64,000 bases of DNA from Schmidtea polychroa (Eukaryota). Below, one piece after another: positions 9,060 through 34,271 of this stretch. Made by a program: the position numbers and the translations under genes. The number at the start of each line of letters is the position of its first letter. The stretch's first letter is position 1. The stretch is taken from assembly GCA_044892525.1 (NCBI GenBank), contig CM097885.1:112344001-112408000 (forward strand), written 5' to 3'. Below the pieces are notes generated by a model. That model ran no database searches, was not told the DNA's origin, and saw only the letters and a list, made by a program, of their open reading frames with translations.

Positions 9060-9900
9060 TTAAAAATAAAATAAAATTATATTTATAATTAAAGGAATGA
9101 GAGAAGTGTAAGAGTGGTCAAGGAGAGAAGTGACAATGCGAAGAAGTAACATGGGTAGAAAGGTAGAAAAAGCATCAGTATATGGGAAAATCACAAAAAC
9201 CCTTCGATAATCAGATTGAAAAAAAATATATTTAAATAAAGAAAAGTAAATTAAAACAAAATAAAGAAATAGACCACTCAAAATGATTGGAATTTAAGAT
9301 CAAAAAATAAAAATAAAACACGTTCTGAAACACACAAGATCGATCCTGATTGGTCGAAGCCATGAACCACAAAACTATATAAAGGGCAGTCACAGTAGCC
9401 ACTTTACCAACTAAAAAACTTTTCCAGCGAAATTTTCGTAACCACTTTTCTGATTTTCAAAAAGTATTTTTCTACAACTTAAAATCAACTTTTTCCAAGC
9501 GTTAAAAATTCGATTTTAAATCAACCACTATTTTGTAACGACTGACCACTTCTTATCTTAACAGTAAAGACTTCAAATTTTCTTCTAATTTTTAACGAGT
9601 ACTTCGAAAATTAACATTTATCAGTTTTTTCAACTTATTCGGGATTTTTATTTTGGAAGTATTTCGAACAATCAAAATCAAGTACTAAATGATTTTCGCT
9701 TAATCTGTTCACAATGGGAGATCGATATATTTGAAATTTTGGAACCCTTAAAAATATTGGATTTGACTGGTAATTTTTTTGTTGTGAAGTTTATTTTTGT
9801 TCTTACTGTATAATAACATGACATAACATTTATTAAATTCTTAATGTTCATTCATTCTCATTTAATATGAAAATATTAGATTTTCTAGATCTTTATGTTA
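9060..9900. mobile_element. LTR-like dispersed repeat fragment, probable insertion target of Polinton 1
   Basis: TTAAAAATAAAATAAAATTATATTT and the following ~150 bp resemble 37165-37320; internal GATTGG and TATATAAAG as at 52975-53005. Confidence 0.45.
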
Positions 9901-9960
9901 ATTTTGTCATTTTTTAATTAGTGGAGTAAACATCGTGAAGGGGCGGAAGAGAAGGTACTA

Positions 9961-10288
9961 CTGTAAAATCCCGAGTATAAGCTGCAGCTAATACGTACAT
10001 TAAGGCAACATTTCTGAATTGCAGCTAATATGATGTGCAGCTTATACAACTAAAAATCGAAGATAAGATTATTTATTTCAATTTTCAACATCACACTCCT
10101 CAAAACCATCACACTTTTCATTGTCAATAAAAGTGAAATTTTTTAGTAATTCTACAATGTTTGGATCAGACTCGTTCACATTCATTTCATTTGTTTTTTA
10201 ATGATAGATTGCTGATTTTAAAATCATGTGTTTTCAACGCAAATGGTGCAGCTAATACGCGCTGCAGCTTATACTCGGGATTTTACAG
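9961..10288. mobile_element. pogo/Tc2-like MITE
   Basis: Perfect 28-bp TIR CTGTAAAATCCCGAGTATAAGCTGCAGC; TA on both sides. Confidence 0.9.
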
Positions 10289-10465
10289 TAGTTGCTTTCT
10301 CACAGGCCCGATCACGATGAATGCTAGGCGAGGGCTCTGAATATGGATCTCGCTGCGGTTACCATTGTGTATTTTTAATTTATACAAAACCCCTCGACTA
10401 AGAGAGGACGATGATAATCCAGCGAAAGTTATAGTATAGTTCCACAGCAGCCAGACATTTTCACA

Positions 10466-10811
10466 TGGAGGTGTTCACGAAGTTAGAAAACATTCCAGCA
10501 TTTAGAGGCAGAGACGGTTATATAGTAAACTGCACCACTAATTTCACTGATTTTATATCAGATCGATGAAGTTAATGTCACTAGTAGTTATCACTAGAAG
10601 TTATATTAACATAATTTGTGGTAATGTAAATATTAGTAAAGCTAAAGGATTTGTATTACAAAGACATAAGAGATCTCTTTTATCATTTGTTAACACAAAA
10701 TATCGAAATCTAATGAGAAAAATAATGTTTAAACAACAATGCAGTTTTTTAGGTACATTAATTCCAATTGTATTATCGGCTATAAGCACAATCTCGTCAT
10801 TAAATTCTTAA
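10466..10811 (+). pseudogene. Small basic Polinton protein (pX-like core protein)
   Basis: NIICGNVNIS...RHKRSL...KQQCSFLGTLIPIVLSAI resembles the LNILKGNV...QxGGFL..L protein found before Polinton integrases; 5' part is out of frame. Confidence 0.55.
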
Positions 10812-10831
10812 AATATAATATCATAGAAATA

Positions 10832-12010
10832 ATGGGTGCTAAGAATTCATTACCGGATAAACATAATTTAGATTTAAATATATTAACATCGTGTTGAAGG
10901 AAACATTTTCCAAAAAAAGGTCAAATCAAAGAAGAAAATATTAGAGAAAAAACTCAAAACGATTTGGACAAACCCGAAAGATCCAGATGGTTTTGGTGGT
11001 GTAGAAAAACTTGCAAAAAGAGTAAATAATTCAAAGAAAGAAACTCAAATATGGTTATCTAATCAATTAGCCTACAGTCTCAATAAGCCAATGTTAAAAA
11101 GATTCCCCACGAGGTCTTATAAAACATTTAATGTTAATGATTTATGGCAAATGGATTTAATGGAAATGATTTCATTTTCAAAAATTAATAAAGGATACAA
11201 ATATATTTTGACATGAATTGATGTATTTAATAGATACACTCATGCTATCCCAACAAAATCTAAATCAGCTAATGAAATGGCTGATGCATTAAAAACATTA
11301 TTTGCTGACGGACAGCCTCGTAATTTACAAACATATTTGGGTAAAATTATAAATTAAATAATTTTAAAATTTAGGTAAAGAATTTTATAATAGTAAAGTT
11401 AAAGAAATTATCAAAGGAATAAATCATTACTCAATATTTTCACAATATAAAGCAGCACATGTGGAAAGATTCAATCGTACTTTAAGAGATCGTTTGAAAA
11501 AATATTTTGTATATCAAGGCGATAAAACGTGGATAAATGTTTTGTCGAAAATAATTTACAGTTACAATTTTTCACCTCGTAGAGGATTAAATGGGATAAG
11601 ACCAATCGATATTTATTCAACAAATAGTAATGATACTTGAATATCACAACAAAATAAATCAAAAACAAAAAAGCCAAAATATAAAAAGTAGGAGACCTTG
11701 TTAGAATAAGTAAAATCAGTGCTTCTCCATTCATCAAGAATTTTGATAACAATTGGAGTGATGAAGTTTTTAAAATATTGAAAATAGATACTAATCAAAT
11801 CCGGTCATGCACTTTATTACAGATAATGAAAACGATCAAGTCAGTGGCAAATTCTACGAACAAGAACTACAAGTCATTCCATCACCCACAATCTTCAGAA
11901 TTCAAGAGATTTTAAAAACTAAATCAGGCGGGAAATATAAACAATACTATGTGAAATGGCATGGTTATAAAATTCCTAGCTGGATATCTGAAAACCAATT
12001 GATTAAATAA
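10832..12010 (+). pseudogene. Polinton retroviral-like integrase with C-terminal chromodomain; predicted 34-nt intron at 11341-11374
   Basis: WTNPKDPDGFGG, DLWQMDL, YILT*IDVF, LQT(Y)LG|GKEFYN, HVERFNRTL; chromodomain FRIQEILK...YYVKWHGY..PSWI. Has stops and a D-to-Y change at the second catalytic position. Confidence 0.92.
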
Positions 12011-12015
12011 ATATT

Positions 12016-13035
12016 ATGAAGGAAAACCAGTTTTATATGAATTTACCTAGTAATAGTTGTCCTCTTATTTATCCTGATAATAATGCTAGCAATTTTAAAG
12101 TTGAATTTCAAAACTCAATTTATTTGAATAGTAAGTGGGAAGTAGCTTTGATTGATTTTACATTTGTGTATAAACATTTTCCGTATAACAGTTATTCATC
12201 GGTACAATACGAATTTAAATAATTATGCAAAGAAACTAAATACATGAAATTCGATAATGAAAACAAAATCTTAGAAATTTTAAATTCTACATACAATCCA
12301 GATGTTGACGTGTTCTTGGAAAGATGTGAAAACGTAGTGATTGTTTGTCCACATGTTCTATTTAAAATATCATTTCTTGACACCAAACATGCATCTAAGT
12401 TTGAATTAAAAACCATATCAATCATTAGCAAAACTGACCATTGTCGAATTAAATTATCTAAATTTACTGAAAATAATATCATTGAACAAATTCGAATAAC
12501 TATAAATTACGATATCAAGACAAAATTCGAACATTATTTTGAAGATGAATTATTCTTAACTACTTTATCAGAGTTGCGAGGGTATTTAATGACAATTAAT
12601 CCATCTCCATTTAAAGAAATAAATCTTCAAAATCAAGAATTGGTAAAAATAACACTTGTAGATGATATTTCAAATATCACCTTTGATCAAAAATTAACAA
12701 AAGCTTTAGGATTAAAGAATCAAACTTATATTGAAAAAGACTTTGTTGGTGTGAAAATTCCATAAATATTTAAAATGCATCAACAAATGTTTATTTATTC
12801 AAATATTATTGAACCAATAAATGTTGGTGATGTAAGAGTTCCTCTATTAAAATCGAAATGGATTAAAAGATATGAATAGGGAGAGGTAGTTAAGTTAGAA
12901 ATAAAGAACCCAATGTACCTTCCAATTTCATCTTCATCTATAAACATTAAAATTAATATTCGCAATGATAGTGGAAAATTAGTTAAATTTTCAAAAGACA
13001 CCAAAACACATTTAACACTACATTTTCGTAAATGA
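12016..13035 (+). pseudogene. Minor capsid protein (penton, PZ)
   Basis: N-terminal FYMNLPSNS..YPDNNASNF..KWEVALID; C-terminal MFIYSNIIEPINVGDVRVPLL...LTLHFRK*; internal stops. Confidence 0.85.
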
Positions 13036-13144
13036 ATAATCCTGATATTGTAAACTTTTATAGTAATAGTCAATCTGGTGAAGATTTACCATATTTTGTT
13101 GGTAAACAATATTGAACAGGTTGGTTAAAAACAATAGGTGGATT

Positions 13145-14881
13145 CAGCGCCGGCTCTAGCATTAGTAGCGCCCCGATGCGAAACTCATTTTAGACGCCCA
13201 TTTATTTTATTGGTTTTTTGGAATTAACGTAATTTAATTGGCAATATTAAATTTGTAATAAAAACATTAAAAAATTAATAATAATTCTTTTCCAAGTGAA
13301 ATACAGGTTTTATTTTGTTTATATATTTTTTTATTTTATTGAAACAATATTATAATATACAAAAATTACATAACATACATATATTTTGTATAAAAATTGA
13401 CAAAACTATTATTCTAGATATTTACTTTTCTAGCTTTTAAACTGCCAAATTCATCAATTAAATTATGTATATCTAATTTGTCGCATATATCACTTTCAAT
13501 CGATATCATTGCTAAACCAACTAATCTTTCTTGTGAAATTGTTGATCTTAAATAATTTTTAATTAGTTTAAGCTTCGAAAAAGATCGTTCTCCGCTAGCA
13601 ACTGAAACTGGTAAAGTTAAAAATATTTTAATAGCAATTACAAAATTGGGAAAAATGGAATCCAGTAGATTTTTATATATATATTGCAAGATGTTTAGTG
13701 GGTTTTCAAAGTCTTTCAAAAATTCCTTTGCTATTTTTATTTCATTAAATAATTCTGTTGCAGATATATCTTTTTTCTCGCCATCGGTTAGCATTATTTC
13801 TAAATCAGAACAATGTTTTTTTAATGTATTATCATCCATTTTGTTAATTTCTTTTATATTATGTATAAATTCAAATTTTTCACTATATTTTGTGAAAAGA
13901 TTAAACCTTTCTTTTAAAGAATTGATAGTAATATCTAAAATTGGCAGAAAAAATGATATTTTATATTTAAGTATCGGATCAACTGGCGTTTCGTCTACAG
14001 ATTCATAACCAAAAATTTTTTTCTTTCTTCTTCGTAACGTATTATCTTTGAATTTCGCAGGTATTTCTAAATCAGCTGCTATATTTTCTGCCGTTTGAAG
14101 AATAAGACTAAAATTTTCATCGGATCTATATTCTTCAATAAATTTAATAAGACTATTTAACGCAACTGAAGAAACATTTAAGTTTTGATTTGGATTTTGG
14201 AGCAGTTTACTAACAACGTTAACTTTACTTAAAACATCGTACCAAATAACCACTGAACATATAAATTCATACTCTTTTATTTTGAAAGCCACAGCCTTAG
14301 CTTCATGCTTTGTATTATTATCTATTTCTAGGTTTTCATAAATGTCAACTAAAGCATCTAAAATTTCAGCTATTTCAAACCTAAGTGGACGAAGGGCATC
14401 GACTCTTGATTCCCACCTGGTGGCTGACAAAGGTGGCTGAACACTTTTTTATTTTACTATTAAAATTTTAATATTAAATTTTTTTTTTATTAGCGAAAAA
14501 AGTTTACCAAATAACAACTGAACTGATTGAAAACTGAATAGAACTGGTAGACTTTTAAAATAATTTTTTTTAGCATTAATTTTTTTAATCGAAATAACTA
14601 AACCGAATATAGCAGGCCGTTTCAAAATAAATTTATGCATGTATAATTTATTTTGTTTTGCGAAATAATTAAACAATTCTTAAACACTTCGAAAACTAGT
14701 AGGCCAGTAGTTTTTCAAGGAAATTTTATTTAAAAAAAAAAAAATTCTTATTAAAAAAAAATTTGTTAATGGTTTTTTTGTTAAATATTAAAAAGAAACT
14801 AAAATTCTAAATTGTTTAGCGCCCTTTCCGAGAGGCGCCCCGATGCTTTGCATCCACCGCTTCCAACTAAAGCCGGCCCTG
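13145..14881 (-). mobile_element. Internally deleted hAT transposon
   Basis: TIRs CAGCGCCGGCTCTAG / CAGGGCCGGCTTTAG; perfect 8-bp TSD GGTGGATT at 13137-13144 and 14882-14889. Confidence 0.95.
13414..14430 (-). pseudogene. hAT transposase C-terminal half (ZMYM1-like group)
   Basis: SATRWESR and the dimerization domain LTLPVSVASGERSFSKLKLIKNYLRSTISQERL; N-terminal half is missing. Confidence 0.9.
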
Positions 14882-15000
14882 GGTGGATTTGCTTTAAAAG
14901 AGATTCAAATTACATCCAATCGTACAGTACTAGTGTAAATAAAGTTTGAAAATTATTGGCTTGAACTATAAACTAAATTAGGAAACAATAATTATTAAAA

Positions 15001-15290
15001 ATGAAGTAAGAATTTAATTTTAATTACTTTAATTTATTGATAATAGTTCTATTCAGATTGAATACATAGGTCGAAGAATTGTTCGGAGCTGAATTTCTTG
15101 GAGTTTTTTCATTAGATAAAATACCATATATTGATGTAAACAAGGTTTTAATTTTAAATACTCAATCTTGTAATTTCAAGTGAGAACTTTGGCTCGCAGT
15201 TTATGTGAAACCGGAAAAAATATATGCATTTGATCCCATGGGGTTTAATTATCCTATTTTCAATTATTTTCCATATAGGTCTGATTGTTT
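15001..15290 (+). pseudogene. Adenain protease of Polinton 2; predicted 41-nt intron at 15006-15046; frameshifted
   Basis: Spliced start MNSIQIEYIG; EFLGVFSLDKIPY, LILNTQS, WLAVYVKPEKIYAFDPMGFNYP align with the element 1 protease. Confidence 0.85.
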
Positions 15291-16234
15291 CTTTTCCATC
15301 TTTAAAACCCTGAATTTGAATTTTTATCATAAAATGTGAATTTTCATTTTCATTTTTAATATTTTCTAAAGCATAATCTTTATAACAATTCATAAATGTA
15401 AAGTTTTCATTGAATTGTATATTTTTATTGATAGCCAACAATAATTCTAAAATATTTTTTTATCGATGTTACCTACTTGTATATTATATAAACTCTGTTT
15501 CAAAGTTACAGGTTCCAAATAAAAATTTAATTAATATTTGATTAAACTATATAAATATAATTACTTTAAACGAATAAGTTATTGGATATTTTAAATATTC
15601 CATAGAATATTGTAGGAACTGAACCGGAGATTTTCTAATAAAATTAACTGTCGATGTTGAATTTTCCTCAAGAATTAACTTGATTACATCTGAATTTACT
15701 TGTTTCTCCATCTTTTTCACTGAAGTTTCTAGAATAATGATTAAGCAATACTAGATAATGATAATGATATTACTTTTATATTGTTGCATCATTAAATATA
15801 ATAATTTCATGCACTCAGTAAATATATATTAATTTTAAAAATCGAGTTGACCAATTAGACAAATCATTTTAATTTTATTGGATGAAAAATTTTATGTGTG
15901 TATAGCATTTCTGATTTTTTAAATATTTATTTCTAATAATCAATTTATGATGTTCATATATTCGTTTTTATTTATAATACAATCTTTTTATAATTTATTT
16001 TGAAACTTAGGTATCTTTGCAATTCATCCGTTCATGACAAAAATTGTCAAAACTATGGGAAAATATTATGGCCAACACCATAACCGTGTTATTTAATTTG
16101 TTTGCCTCATTTGTAATTCAACAGAAAAATTAAATTATTTTGACTTTTATGATCAACATAAAGGTCATTTAAATAAATTATTACATAATTAACTTATCAT
16201 TGCCTCATATTATATTTGATTATGTAATTTTGTA

Positions 16235-16560
16235 AAATTATATAACAATATACTATCCCCGGTACCAATACATGTATTACATAATATTGTATATCTGAGA
16301 TATTTGGCTTGGTTTATACTCCTCACTACTCTAATAAAGTACAATTATTTTGTAAGAGGTCAAATATTACACAATATGTAAAAAAAAATATTATTACATA
16401 ATTACATTATCATTATGTCATGTTAATTATGGTTGTGTAATTTTATAAAATTATGTAATACAATACTACCCTGGGTGCATACAAATATTAGGTAATACTG
16501 TATATCCTGGGATATTTGGCTTGGTTTATACTCGTCACTTGTCACTAATCATAGTATTCA
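16235..16560. repeat. Imperfect ~210-bp tandem repeat, possibly subterminal region of Polinton 2
   Basis: GATATTTGGCTTGGTTTATACTC occurs near 16299 and 16511. AGTAGGTCCCC at ~16570 also occurs in the element 1 terminal region. Confidence 0.5.
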
Positions 16561-16852
16561 TGTTTTTCAAGTAGGTCCCCAGTTGAATCAATCTGTGAAC
16601 TTTAGCATATAACCTTGTATTGTTTGTAGTTATTGTAATGGTAAACTTTTTAAATTAACCATTTAGTTTTTTTATCTGTTGGTCTTTATATTTATTTTTT
16701 GAAAAACAAAGAACGCGATAAAAGCAATCGGGGGAGTTAGTATAACTAGGAAACATTGGTCGAAGCTTGTTACTAGGCAGAAAAAGTAAATTTGAGGATG
16801 TAAGACTCCTAACGACAGTCAAGGACCCGTAAGAAATTTAAAGGGGAGTAGT

Positions 16853-17965
16853 TGTAAGATAGCAGCTCACCTGCCCTTTATTTATTAATGACAGTGGACA
16901 GTATTAACATGATGATCGTCAAAGGCACATTGATCGCGAACATCTCAAGTCATGAGTGGTTTGTTACCGAGTCAACGATCTACTATTAACCTTATTTTAT
17001 TCACGTTCTTGAGGATAAAAAAATAATAATAAATAACAATAAATAAACAAAATTACCTGAGGGAAAATCGTCGTAATAAACGGGATCTATGGAAACTCAC
17101 AGAGGAAAACGAAAGTAAAAGAAATGAGAAATGAGAAAAGGTATCAAACAAAAGAAGTCGAACAAGAAATTAAAACAAAGGTCATCAGTAATTAAAGAGA
17201 ACAAAAAGGGGAAAATGAATTTCAAATTCCAAAAAAACAAAAACTGAAAATACATATCTCGACAGCCTGCAGAGATAGCGGATTCAAATAAAAAGGCGGA
17301 TAAACGAAAAATGGAAATTATAAAAAAATTATCTCGATAGCTGTCAGAGATAGTGGGAAGCAAAATTATGTGTTCCAAAGGTAAATTAGGAAAAACAGAA
17401 AGATAAGCCTAAGTACCACAAAATGATGAGCTATATAAAAAAGAGGCAGAAGCAGAAGAAAACGACGATGAAATTGTATTAGAAAGTGGAGACGAGAAAT
17501 TTGAGAGGAAAATTTGTAACGGAAATTGTGGAAATTCGCCGAAACGAATTGTTAAGATAATAATGGTTGGAGAAAATCGCCAGAAAAGAATTGTTAGAAA
17601 CCAGACGAGAAGTTATTGAGGTAATTGAAGAAAGTTGTCGAAGATAATTAAACGAGAAACAAAAACTAATTATTGATCAAAGAGTGCTAAAGAAAACGCT
17701 TAGCGAGTAGAATCCAAGTCACGCAAAGAAAACAACCAGCTCAAATTCACCGTTGTTAGAACCAATCGGTAGCTAGTGATCCCCAACCCAGTATTATTCG
17801 TCACAGAGTGTCGTAATAAGCGCTGTGTAATTGTCGGCCAGATTGTTGAACCAATCGTGTTATTGAGTAGTGAAAATTATTTGTGATTATCAATAAAATT
17901 TCATGTTATCAATTGTTATTTGTGGGTTAGTTAAAAGCACGCTTGGAGTCAAAGTAAGAATTACA
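16853..17965 (+). mobile_element. Gypsy-type 3' LTR preceded by a polypurine tract
   Basis: AAAGGGGAGTAG precedes TGTAA...TTACA termini; internal AATAAA near the 3' end. Confidence 0.65.
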
Positions 17966-17985
17966 AAAATTACCTGATTAAATTA

Positions 17986-18900
17986 CAAAATTACCTGAGG
18001 GAAAATCGTCGTAATAAACGGGATCTATGGAAACTCACAGAGGAAAACGAAAGTAAAAGAAATGAGAAATGAGAAAAGGTATCAAACAAAAGAAGTCGAA
18101 CAAGAAATTAAAACAAAGGTCATCAGTAATTAAAGAGAACAAAAAGGGGAAAATGAATTTCAAATTCCAAAAAAACAAAAACTGAAAATACATATCTCGA
18201 CAGCCTGCAGAGATAGCGGATTCAAATAAAAAGGCGGATAAACGAAAAATGGAAATTATAAAAAAATTATCTCGATAGCTGTCAGAGATAGTGGGAAGCA
18301 AAATTATGTGTTCCAAAGGTAAATTAGGAAAAACAGAAAGATAAGCCTAAGTACCACAAAATGATGAGCTATATAAAAAAGAGGCAGAAGCAGAAGAAAA
18401 CGACGATGAAATTGTATTAGAAAGTGGAGACGAGAAATTTGAGAGGAAAATTTGTAACGGAAATTGTGGAAATTCGCCGAAACGAATTGTTAAGATAATA
18501 ATGGTTGGAGAAAATCGCCAGAAAAGAATTGTTAGAAACCAGACGAGAAGTTATTGAGGTAATTGAAGAAAGTTGTCGAAGATAATTAAACGAGAAACAA
18601 AAACTAATTATTGATCAAAGAGTGCTAAAGAAAACGCTTAGCGAGTAGAATCCAAGTCACGCAAAGAAAACAACCAGCTCAAATTCACCGTTGTTAGAAC
18701 CAATCGGTAGCTAGTGATCCCCAACCCAGTATTATTCGTCACAGAGTGTCGTAATAAGCGCTGTGTAATTGTCGGCCAGATTGTTGAACCAATCGTGTTA
18801 TTGAGTAGTGAAAATTATTTGTGATTATCAATAAAATTTCATGTTATCAATTGTTATTTGTGGGTTAGTTAAAAGCACGCTTGGAGTCAAAGTAAGAATT
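17986..18900 (+). repeat. Tandem duplicate (938-bp period) of the 3' part of the LTR
   Basis: Identical track ORFs at 17097 and 18035; sequence looks identical by eye. Confidence 0.9.
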
Positions 18901-19189
18901 TGTAATTTATAAATATCACCAACGACCCAGTAATCAAATAACCTTTTAGTGGACTATAATTATTTTATTTTTTAATTATTATTAATATTATTATTTAGAT
19001 AACAGAATCAAAAGTTTTCCCATTGGTAGAAGAAAATGGTGACTGAGAAAATAAAAAAATATTTATAAAAATAGCCACTGGTCTTGGTATTCTATAATTA
19101 TGTATAGTAAATGTAGTAAATTATTAAATCTTATTTAATTACTTTTATTTTTATTCTATTATTATTACTATTTAAAATAAACATAACAA

Positions 19190-19445
19190 GGTGAGTGGTA
19201 CCCAGTGCAAGTTCCAATAGTAGACTAGTTTCGAACTTTCGCGCCAGATAATTATGCAATATTGCTGATTCAACTCTGAAAATCACATCACTTATTTTGA
19301 GCTTGGTCACAGAAAATCTAAAAAAATTTCTGCAAAAATATCTGTAAACTTGTAAACATGGCGTATGAAAATCATATAAACCTCTGCGAATTAAAAATTA
19401 GTCGATAGACAGAAACTCTTTACAAGTGCATCCGATTACCTTACA
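19190..19445. repeat. Dispersed repeat; second copy at ~57690-57985
   Basis: Shared blocks TAGACTAGTTTCGA, ATATTGCTGATTCAACTCT, AAACTTGTAAACATG and TTTACAAGTGCATCCGATTACCTT. Confidence 0.7.
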
Positions 19446-19570
19446 AATCATGTTGCTGTTTTAAAATTTGGCAATTTTTGATTTATGAAAATATTGATAA
19501 GACAACATTTGACAAGCAATTTTTGTACAAAGAATAATATTAAAAATAAAAATGAACGTCATTAAATTAA

Positions 19571-32963
<13,393 letters not shown>

Positions 32964-34223
32964 TTTGAAATGTACAATATTTTGTATAAATGACGAATTA
33001 AAAAGAAGTAATTTGATATTTTAGTTATATAATATATTCAAACAATTTCTAAATTATTAATTTATTAATTTAAAAGTGTAAAATACGCATTTTATCTTAA
33101 ATAAATGTGGATAAATGTTGCCAAAAAATGTTTAAAGCGGATGGAGTTAATTATATGAAGTAAATAGATTAGTTCATTTTCTTCATGTTACTTGCAGCCA
33201 CTGAAAACTATGGACTATACACAAGCAGGACCGGATTTTCCAATAGGCTATCTAGGCTTCAGCCTAGGGCCTCAAGATCAAGAGGGAGTTATATTCAAAT
33301 TGTCAGCATAATTAAAATTACACTGTTCTAAAAACAGTGAACACTAAAACACTGAATCGAAAATAAGGAGGAATTTTACACATATGGTTAATAAATAAAC
33401 ATTAAAATGTATAAGTTAAGATCAACACGTTCGGCTCATTGATATGCAGACGTTCGTTATTATTTGAGTTAGTTCTAGTTAGTTTTAGGATTGCGTACAC
33501 CATCATTTCATTCTCGCTTTTTGAGTTCAATACTTTCAGTACAGTAGGTTCAATACTTTCGTAAAGTGTTTATAGACTATTGAAAAATATTTTTGTGACA
33601 ATATCTTCATTTCGCGGAATTTTAGGTAAGTTCTTTACATATGTTTTAATTTGTATATTTTAAAATGTATTTCACGTGCTTTAATTTATATTTTCATTAT
33701 TATATTATTGGGCTAGAACTGAATTTTAGACCCGCAGTTAGGATTGTGACGGAATGCATTGGCACATAACAGCATTAAGTGTACTAAAAATAAGGCTTAA
33801 TAAACATCAATTAAACTAAAATAACAGGAAACACTGTACACAATAGTAAAAGACCCAAATTAAAAGAAAAATCAAACATAAGCAAGAAGTACTACATGAA
33901 ACTTATTCAAGTACAACCGGAAAACATAACAAGAATAAACAAAATAGAATTAGGGCGATACAACAAAATAAGAACGGGAATCAGAAATTTCCATAAATTT
34001 AGAACAAAAATAATTTAAAGATCAAATTATAATAGAAAAAAAATAAAAAACCCGGAACAACCCGGAACAACCCACCAAAACAGCGAAATCCATCATAGCC
34101 ACCAAACAACGTAATAAAATTAGCAAAACAAACAGTCAAGTTTTAAAATAGCAAAAATCATAAAAATAATTAACAAAAAAACGAATAAAATAAGAATTAT
34201 ATACTAAAATATTATACTAAAAT

Positions 34224-34268
<45 letters not shown>

Positions 34269-34271
<3 letters not shown>

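Larger units (their letters stand above)
13032..14938 (+). pseudogene. PW-like N-terminus fused by deletion to the MCP C-terminal tail, interrupted by a hAT element
   Basis: MNNPDIVNFYSNSQSGEDLPYFVGKQY*TGWLKTIG[hAT]GFALKEIQITSNRTVLV*; the last 12 aa match the element 1 MCP end at 10/12. Confidence 0.75.
10460..16600 (+). mobile_element. Polinton element 2: diverged relative of element 1, decayed and internally deleted; boundaries uncertain
   Basis: Collinear pX-like, integrase, penton, PW-like, MCP-tail and protease remnants with stops and frameshifts. Confidence 0.9.

Noticed and set aside
10295-10370. GC-rich segment as a possible tRNA, HDV-like ribozyme or snRNA
   Set aside because: Only short helices; no cloverleaf, nested double pseudoknot or recognisable snRNA motifs.
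17097-18316. Two identical 93-aa minus-strand ORFs
   Set aside because: Low-complexity Phe-rich frames inside a duplicated LTR.
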